A stretch of DNA of 64,000 bases. Source: an uncultured Rhodospirillaceae bacterium (lineage in GTDB: Bacteria > Pseudomonadota > Alphaproteobacteria > Rhodospirillales > UBA2165). Location of the stretch: assembly GCA_964574215.1 (NCBI GenBank), contig CAZNLR010000003.1:78746-142745 (forward strand), read 5' to 3'. Positions 59,113 through 64,000 of the stretch are shown piece after piece; position 1 is the stretch's first letter; every line of letters starts with the position of its first letter. Both the position numbers and the translations under genes were made by a program. The notes below the pieces were generated by a model. The model worked only from the letters and a program-made list of their open reading frames with translations. It did not search any database and was not told where the DNA came from.

Positions 59113-59121
59113 GTCAGTTCC

Positions 59122-60564
59122 TCATTCCTGCGACGCCGTCACAGTAAAATCCAATGCCGCCAAGGCGGCATCGCCTTCCAACGTGATCATACCGCCGCTT
59201 TGTTTTTCCGCAATTTTCAAGGCTGGTGCAACCACTCCCCGAAAAGCCTCAAGAATTGAAACGCCAACGGCAATATTGATCTGCCGGCCTGGATTTTTAT
59301 TGAGTTCCCGCAATGCCGACCTGATGGCGTCAATAGCTACCGTCTCTGCGGATTTTTGATTTTCGTTCGGAGCCAGCAACCGTTGGGTGAGGGACTTCCC
59401 CTGACGACGGCGGGTCAACTCCATCAGCCCAAGCCTGGTAAAGCCGAAAATATTTACGGCTCCCCGGTCCGGCGCCAGCGCCTGCCGCAATGCCTCCGCA
59501 ACAGCGTCACGGTTCTCCTTCTTTTTTATGGGCAGAAAATCAATCGCGAACTGGCCCGACAGGTTGCGCAAACGGATTTGCCGGCCGGCTTCGTGCGCCG
59601 CCTCCAGGTTGACCGCCAGCGCCCAGCTTTCGGCGTTGCCCTGTCGGGAACCACCGCCACTGTTGACGTCAATGGCGACCAATGCGGCTGTTTCTTCGAT
59701 AATAATCTCTCCGCCACCGGGCAACGGCGCCGCGGGCGAAAGGGCATCATCGATTTGTTGAGAAAGTTCATAAGTTTCGAAGATATCTTCATGGCCCTGG
59801 TGCAGGGATAGGAGATTATCAACGTCGGCCATGCCTTCGCCGAGTGATTCCCGCATCTGATCGAGCAACAGCGCATCATCGACCACAATACGGCGCCAGC
59901 CGCCGGCGCCGCTATTGTCACTTAAGAATCGTAATATCGGCCCTGGCGCCTCGTGCAGCAAAGCGGGCGCCTTCATCGTCTGTGGAGACGCTTGCATATC
60001 AACCCAGGAGTCGCACAATATCTGCGCTTCAGTCCTTAAATCACTTTCGGCTGCATTTTGGGCATGGGTTCGAATGATGAGACCCGCGCCGTCCAAGGCG
60101 AAACCGTTGAATACTTCCTTCAACCTTTGTCGGTCGCCGTCGCCGGTAATGGATTTGGAAACGGAAATTCCCGGCCGGGCCGGCGTCAATACCAGATTGC
60201 GGCCAGCGATCGATATGCGGGCGGTCAGTTTGGCGCCTTTGCCGTCCTCTTCATCCCGGGTCGCCTGAACCAGAATAATATCGCCTTCGTTATATAACTC
60301 ACTGATAGGCTTTGGTTTTTCGCGGTCCCGGTCGAATATTTGAGCGTCGGGCGCCGCCAGGAAACCCGCATTGTCTTCGCCGATCTGGACGAATGCCGCA
60401 TTGAGGCCAGTCATCACCTTTTCCACCCGGCCCAGATAGATGTTGCTAGATTGGTGCCGGTCACTGTCCCTGGAAATCACCAGTTCCTGCAATAAACCGT
60501 CGTTCGTCAAAGCCAGCCTGGTTTCGCCGGGGGATGCGCTGATGAAAACCTCTATATCGGACAT
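59122..60564 (-). CDS. rng: ribonuclease E/G family protein (RNase G-like)
   Basis: The start was chosen at M6 (ATG at 60564), which avoids overlap with maf. S1-like N-terminus (NIYLGRVEKVMTGLNAAFVQIG), the catalytic block LVAIDVNSG, and FGFTRLGLMELTRRR. Confidence 0.75.
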   Translation of the reverse strand: MSDIEVFISASPGETRLALTNDGLLQELVISRDSDRHQSSNIYLGRVEKVMTGLNAAFVQIGEDNAGFLAAPDAQIFDRDREKPKPISELYNEGDIILVQATRDEEDGKGAKLTARISIAGRNLVLTPARPGISVSKSITGDGDRQRLKEVFNGFALDGAGLIIRTHAQNAAESDLRTEAQILCDSWVDMQASPQTMKAPALLHEAPGPILRFLSDNSGAGGWRRIVVDDALLLDQMRESLGEGMADVDNLLSLHQGHEDIFETYELSQQIDDALSPAAPLPGGGEIIIEETAALVAIDVNSGGGSRQGNAESWALAVNLEAAHEAGRQIRLRNLSGQFAIDFLPIKKKENRDAVAEALRQALAPDRGAVNIFGFTRLGLMELTRRRQGKSLTQRLLAPNENQKSAETVAIDAIRSALRELNKNPGRQINIAVGVSILEAFRGVVAPALKIAEKQSGGMITLEGDAALAALDFTVTASQE

Positions 60565-60575
60565 GGCGGTTTCCC

Positions 60576-61166
60576 TCAATCCACCGGATAGCCGAGGCCG
60601 CGCAGGAGCTGCACAGTCTCATACAGTCCCAATCCGACGACATTGGAGTAAGAGCCGTTGACGGCGCTGATAAATCCGGCGGCGCGGCCCTGAACGGCAT
60701 AAGCGCCCGCCTTCCCCTGCCACTCGCCCGACGCAAGGTAGTTTGAGATTTCCCCACCGGTGAGACGCTTGATTCCCACCGAGGTCGAAACAACCCGTTT
60801 GTGTGATGCACCGCCCGGCGCAATGACGCAGATACCGCCCCAAACTCTGTGACGCCGCCCGGACAGCAGGTTCAGAAATTCCCGCGCTTCCTGTTCGTCC
60901 TTGGCCTTGCCGAGTACGCGCCGGCCGCAGGCAACCACCGTATCGGCGGCGAGAACATAAGCGTCGGGAAAATCGGTGACAACCGCCTGGGCTTTATCCG
61001 CAGCCAGGCGTCCCGCCAATTGACGGGGCAACTCGCCTTTCAGCGGCGATTCATCGATTTCGGCGGGAACGATATCGTCGGGTTCAATACCCACCTGGCC
61101 GAGCAAATCCACCCTGCGGGGGGAAGCAGAAGCCAGAACCAGATGCGGTTGAGAGGTCTTCGGCAT
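60576..61166 (-). CDS. maf: Maf-like nucleoside-triphosphate pyrophosphatase
   Basis: 196-aa ORF. LVLASASPRRVDLL, LAADTVV, GKAGAYAVQG. Confidence 0.9.
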   Translation of the reverse strand: MPKTSQPHLVLASASPRRVDLLGQVGIEPDDIVPAEIDESPLKGELPRQLAGRLAADKAQAVVTDFPDAYVLAADTVVACGRRVLGKAKDEQEAREFLNLLSGRRHRVWGGICVIAPGGASHKRVVSTSVGIKRLTGGEISNYLASGEWQGKAGAYAVQGRAAGFISAVNGSYSNVVGLGLYETVQLLRGLGYPVD

Positions 61167-61197
61167 AGGAGTTCACCTTTGCCAGGCCACGATTGCT

Positions 61198-61416
61198 TTA
61201 CTTAAAACGGAAGGTGATCCGACCTTTGGTCAAATCATAGGGGGTCATTTCGACATTTACACGGTCGCCGGCCAAAACCCGGATGCGGTGCTTGCGCATT
61301 TTCCCGGCGGTGTGCGCCAGAATTTCGTGGTCATTATCCAACTTGACCCGAAACATCGCATTGGGGAGCAGTTCGGTAACCGTACCCTCAAATTCCAATA
61401 ACTCTTCTTTCGCCAT
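61198..61416 (-). CDS. infA: translation initiation factor IF-1
   Basis: 72-aa ORF: [72 protein letters not shown]. Confidence 0.97.
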   Translation of the reverse strand: MAKEELLEFEGTVTELLPNAMFRVKLDNDHEILAHTAGKMRKHRIRVLAGDRVNVEMTPYDLTKGRITFRFK

Positions 61417-61533
61417 ATCTTCTCTTTGTTTTCGTTAAATGCGCCCCGAAAGTGGTCGTGCAGGGCGCTCAGGTCAAGTCTTTTAAACGTTAAATTTCTT
61501 TCTTACAACGCCCCGGAACTCGATAGAGTGAGA

Positions 61534-61971
61534 TTAGCCAGTGGGTGCCAGGGGGAACTTGCTTTTAATTTTTCCCACCAGCTCGTCCCGCACCTGCCGG
61601 TATCCGTCCAGCCTGCGCTCGCGGCTGCCGGTAACGTCGGAAGGATTGAAGGTCGGCCAATACTCCACTTCGCAGGCCATCCAGCGGGTCAACTCGACGG
61701 CGGAGTGCTGGGCCTCCGGCGACAGGGATATCACCAGATCATAAGACGTGTCTTCCAGCACCTGAAACGTCTTGGGTTTGTGCGCCGACATATCGATGCC
61801 GATTTCAGCCATAACTTCGATCATAAATCCGTCGCTCTCGCCTTTGTGCACACCAACCGAATCCACATAAATCCGCTGGCCGTGATAATGTTTGAGGATA
61901 CCCTCAGCCATTGGTGACCGGATCTGGTTCAAAGTGCAGCAGAATAAAACGGCGTTGGGCAGATCGTTCAT
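61534..61971 (-). CDS. low-molecular-weight phosphotyrosine phosphatase / ArsC-like protein
   Basis: The start was moved to the ATG at 61971 (MNDLPNAVLFCCTLNQIRSPMAEG). C-x5-R-S P-loop (CTLNQIRS) and a downstream DP-type general-acid region. Confidence 0.75.
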   Translation of the reverse strand: MNDLPNAVLFCCTLNQIRSPMAEGILKHYHGQRIYVDSVGVHKGESDGFMIEVMAEIGIDMSAHKPKTFQVLEDTSYDLVISLSPEAQHSAVELTRWMACEVEYWPTFNPSDVTGSRERRLDGYRQVRDELVGKIKSKFPLAPTG

Positions 61972-61978
61972 CTGAGAC

Positions 61979-62449
61979 TCACCGAATATGCAGAACGCAA
62001 ATGAGGGTGAAAATCCGGCGCGCCGTGTCGAAGTCCACTTCCACATGTTCTTTCAGGCGCTCGAGCAACGTTTCCGAGCCTTCATTGTGGACGCCCCGCC
62101 GTCCCATATCCAAGGCCTCGATCTTGGACGGGCTGGCGTTCTTAATGGCCTCGTAATAGCTCTCGCAGATGACGAAGTAATCCTTGATTACCGTCCGGAA
62201 TATGGACAAGGGCAGGTTGAATTCCAGGAGTTCGCCATCCGCCTCGTCCCGGACGTCGAAACGCAGCCGGTTCTCCTCGATGCTCAGATGGAGATTGAAC
62301 GGACCCAGGATTTCACCGGCCGGCGCGAAAAAATTTTCCTCCAAAAGATCAAAAATGGCGACGGCGCGGTCGTGCTCGATCTCGGGCTTCCGCCGTCCCA
62401 CCGATTTTTCGTCCAGGAATACATTGACGATGCGTCTGCGCTCATCCAT
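61979..62449 (-). CDS. UPF0262 family protein
   Basis: The start was chosen at the ATG at 62449 ([14 protein letters not shown]). The pattern [17 protein letters not shown]...[19 protein letters not shown] is typical of this alphaproteobacterial family, which usually sits next to hisD. Confidence 0.7.
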   Translation of the reverse strand: MDERRRIVNVFLDEKSVGRRKPEIEHDRAVAIFDLLEENFFAPAGEILGPFNLHLSIEENRLRFDVRDEADGELLEFNLPLSIFRTVIKDYFVICESYYEAIKNASPSKIEALDMGRRGVHNEGSETLLERLKEHVEVDFDTARRIFTLICVLHIR

Positions 62450-63752
62450 CGCCCTGCTCCTCACCTTTGAGTCGTAGAGAAACCGACAAAGCGTGGGCGT
62501 CCAGCCCTTCCGCCTCGGCGAGGGTCACGGCCGCCGGACCGATTTTACCGATAGATGCCTCATCGGCCCGCAAGGTGGTGGTGCGTTTGAGGAAATCCAT
62601 CACACCCAAACCCGACGAGAAGCGGGCGCTGCCTGACGTGGGCAGGACGTGGTTCGGCCCCCCCACATAGTCGCCCAACGCCTCCGGCGTATGGCGGCCG
62701 AGAAAAATGGCGCCGGCATTGTCGATTTTTTCCGCCAAAGCTTCGGGATCGGCGACTGCCAGCTCCAGATGCTCAGGTGCGATGCGGTCGACCAAAGGCA
62801 CGGCTGCCGCTAAATCGCCGACCGTAATTATTGCACCAAAGTCCCGCCAGCTTTGAGCGGCGATTTCGCTTCGGGGCAAGCGTTGGAGCAAAACGTCCAC
62901 GGCCTGAGCAACATCGTCGGCAAATGCCTCGTCATCGGTGATCAAAATAGCCTGGGCGGCGGTATCGTGTTCCGCTTGGGACATCAGGTCAGCGGCGATC
63001 CAGGCGGCATCGTTGTCTTTGTCGGCCACCACCAGGATTTCCGATGGACCGGCGATCATGTCGATACCCACCGTTCCGAACACCTGACGCTTGGCGGTCG
63101 CCACATAGGCATTGCCCGGCCCGACGATCTTATCCACCGGCGGCATCAAATCCGTACCGTAGGCCAGGGCCGCCACCGCCTGAGCGCCGCCGATGCGGTA
63201 AATTTCATCGACCCCGGCGATACCGGCAGCCGCCAGCACCAACGGATTAATTTCCCCGTCGGGCGTCGGCACCACCATGACCAGCCGGGAGACCCCCGCC
63301 ACCTTGGCCGGAATGGCGTTCATCAACACCGAAGAGGGATAAGACGCCGTCCCGCCGGGAACATACATGCCCACCGCCTGGATGGGCCGCCACCGGTAAC
63401 CCAGACCGACACCATCATCATCGGTGTAGCTTTGATCCTCGGGCATCTGTTTTTGGTGAAATGCGCGGATGCGATCGGCGGCGATGTTCAGCGCCTCGAT
63501 CTGGTCGGTGGGGCATTGATCCAGGGCAGACTTTGCCTCATCGCTTGAGATTGCCAGATTTACCGCCGTCAACCGGAACCGGTCGAAACGTTCGGTATAG
63601 TCGAACAGGGCGGCATCGCCACGGGCGCGCACATCGGCAACGATCTCAGCGACCGCCGTTTCCACGTCGATTTCGGACTCGCGTTTTGCTTTTAAAAAGG
63701 TTTCAAAGGCGAGTTGGAAATCGGCATTTTTATGATTAAGCCGCGACGGCAT
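62442..63752 (-). CDS. hisD: histidinol dehydrogenase
   Basis: 436-aa [68 protein letters not shown]. Confidence 0.95.
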   Translation of the reverse strand: MPSRLNHKNADFQLAFETFLKAKRESEIDVETAVAEIVADVRARGDAALFDYTERFDRFRLTAVNLAISSDEAKSALDQCPTDQIEALNIAADRIRAFHQKQMPEDQSYTDDDGVGLGYRWRPIQAVGMYVPGGTASYPSSVLMNAIPAKVAGVSRLVMVVPTPDGEINPLVLAAAGIAGVDEIYRIGGAQAVAALAYGTDLMPPVDKIVGPGNAYVATAKRQVFGTVGIDMIAGPSEILVVADKDNDAAWIAADLMSQAEHDTAAQAILITDDEAFADDVAQAVDVLLQRLPRSEIAAQSWRDFGAIITVGDLAAAVPLVDRIAPEHLELAVADPEALAEKIDNAGAIFLGRHTPEALGDYVGGPNHVLPTSGSARFSSGLGVMDFLKRTTTLRADEASIGKIGPAAVTLAEAEGLDAHALSVSLRLKGEEQGDG

Positions 63753-64000
63753 CTACGGCCTCACGGAATCGCTCGATCCAGCCGGTAATTTCTTCGGACC
63801 GGGTTTTAAGCGCCGCCCGATTGACTGCCAGCCGTGACGTAATTTTGGCGATCTCCTCCACTTCCACCAAGCCGTTGGCCTTGAGGGTCGAGCCGGTGGA
63901 CACCAGATCGACAATGCGGCGGCAGAGGCCCAGGGATGGCGCGATCTCCATGGCGCCATTGAGCTTGATGCACTCGGCCTGTACGCCTCGCTGGGCGAAG
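63736..64000 (-). CDS. hisG: ATP phosphoribosyltransferase, C-terminal part (gene continues beyond the window)
   Basis: The frame is open to the right window edge. The sequence [17 protein letters not shown]-type block (here [23 protein letters not shown]) is typical of HisG, and the gene overlaps the hisD start. Confidence 0.85.
   Translation of the reverse strand, partial: FAQRGVQAECIKLNGAMEIAPSLGLCRRIVDLVSTGSTLKANGLVEVEEIAKITSRLAVNRAALKTRSEEITGWIERFREAVDAVAA

Noticed and set aside
1-64000. Mobile-element, prophage or defence-island interpretation of the accessory regions
   Set aside because: I can recognise no integrase, transposase, recombinase, phage structural gene or toxin-antitoxin pair in any frame. 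The only integration-like scar is the 70-nt repeat around the caspase gene, which is reported separately.

Overview
This 64-kb GC-rich chromosomal segment contains no rRNA, tRNA, CRISPR array, transposase or integrase that I can recognise. The right-hand block (hisG-hisD-UPF0262-LMW phosphatase-infA-maf-RNase E/G-yacG) and families such as DUF2336 and UPF0262 suggest an alphaproteobacterium; this is an inference.

Main content, left to right:
- An accessory mix of proteases and enzymes: a trypsin-like protease, an LVIVD propeller, an FkbM methyltransferase, DJ-1/PfpI, DUF427, a caspase-family protease, a Zn-ADH and a rhodanese.
- A complete rseC-apbE / rnfABCDGEH electron-transport cluster (10.4-17.6 kb, minus strand).
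- Miscellaneous metabolic genes (17.9-26 kb).
- A 21-kb adhesion locus (26.0-47.7 kb).
- A Sel1-repeat protein, small metabolic operons (di-iron/GT2, hyuAB plus two SDRs) and the housekeeping block.

The most interesting region is the adhesion locus. It holds a LapG-family (transglutaminase-like cysteine) protease gene, transcribed divergently from a double-Cache/PAS/HD-GYP membrane protein. Every catalytic HD-GYP residue of that protein is substituted. An in-frame TGA then separates it from a TPR-ATP-grasp ORF. A convergent gene of about 5,650 codons encodes an RTX adhesin with an N-terminal retention-type beta domain, a TAAG motif and C-terminal nonapeptide repeats. This resembles a Lap-type adhesin-release system in which the canonical GGDEF-EAL receptor LapD is replaced by a different c-di-GMP-type module. 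No type I secretion genes lie in the window.

Other observations:
- A decayed 70-nt copy of a neighbouring gene's 3' end flanks the caspase gene.
- The adhesin gene contains near-identical internal duplications.
- Perfect palindromes sit in two divergent promoter regions.

All family assignments come from motif reading by eye. No searches were run.
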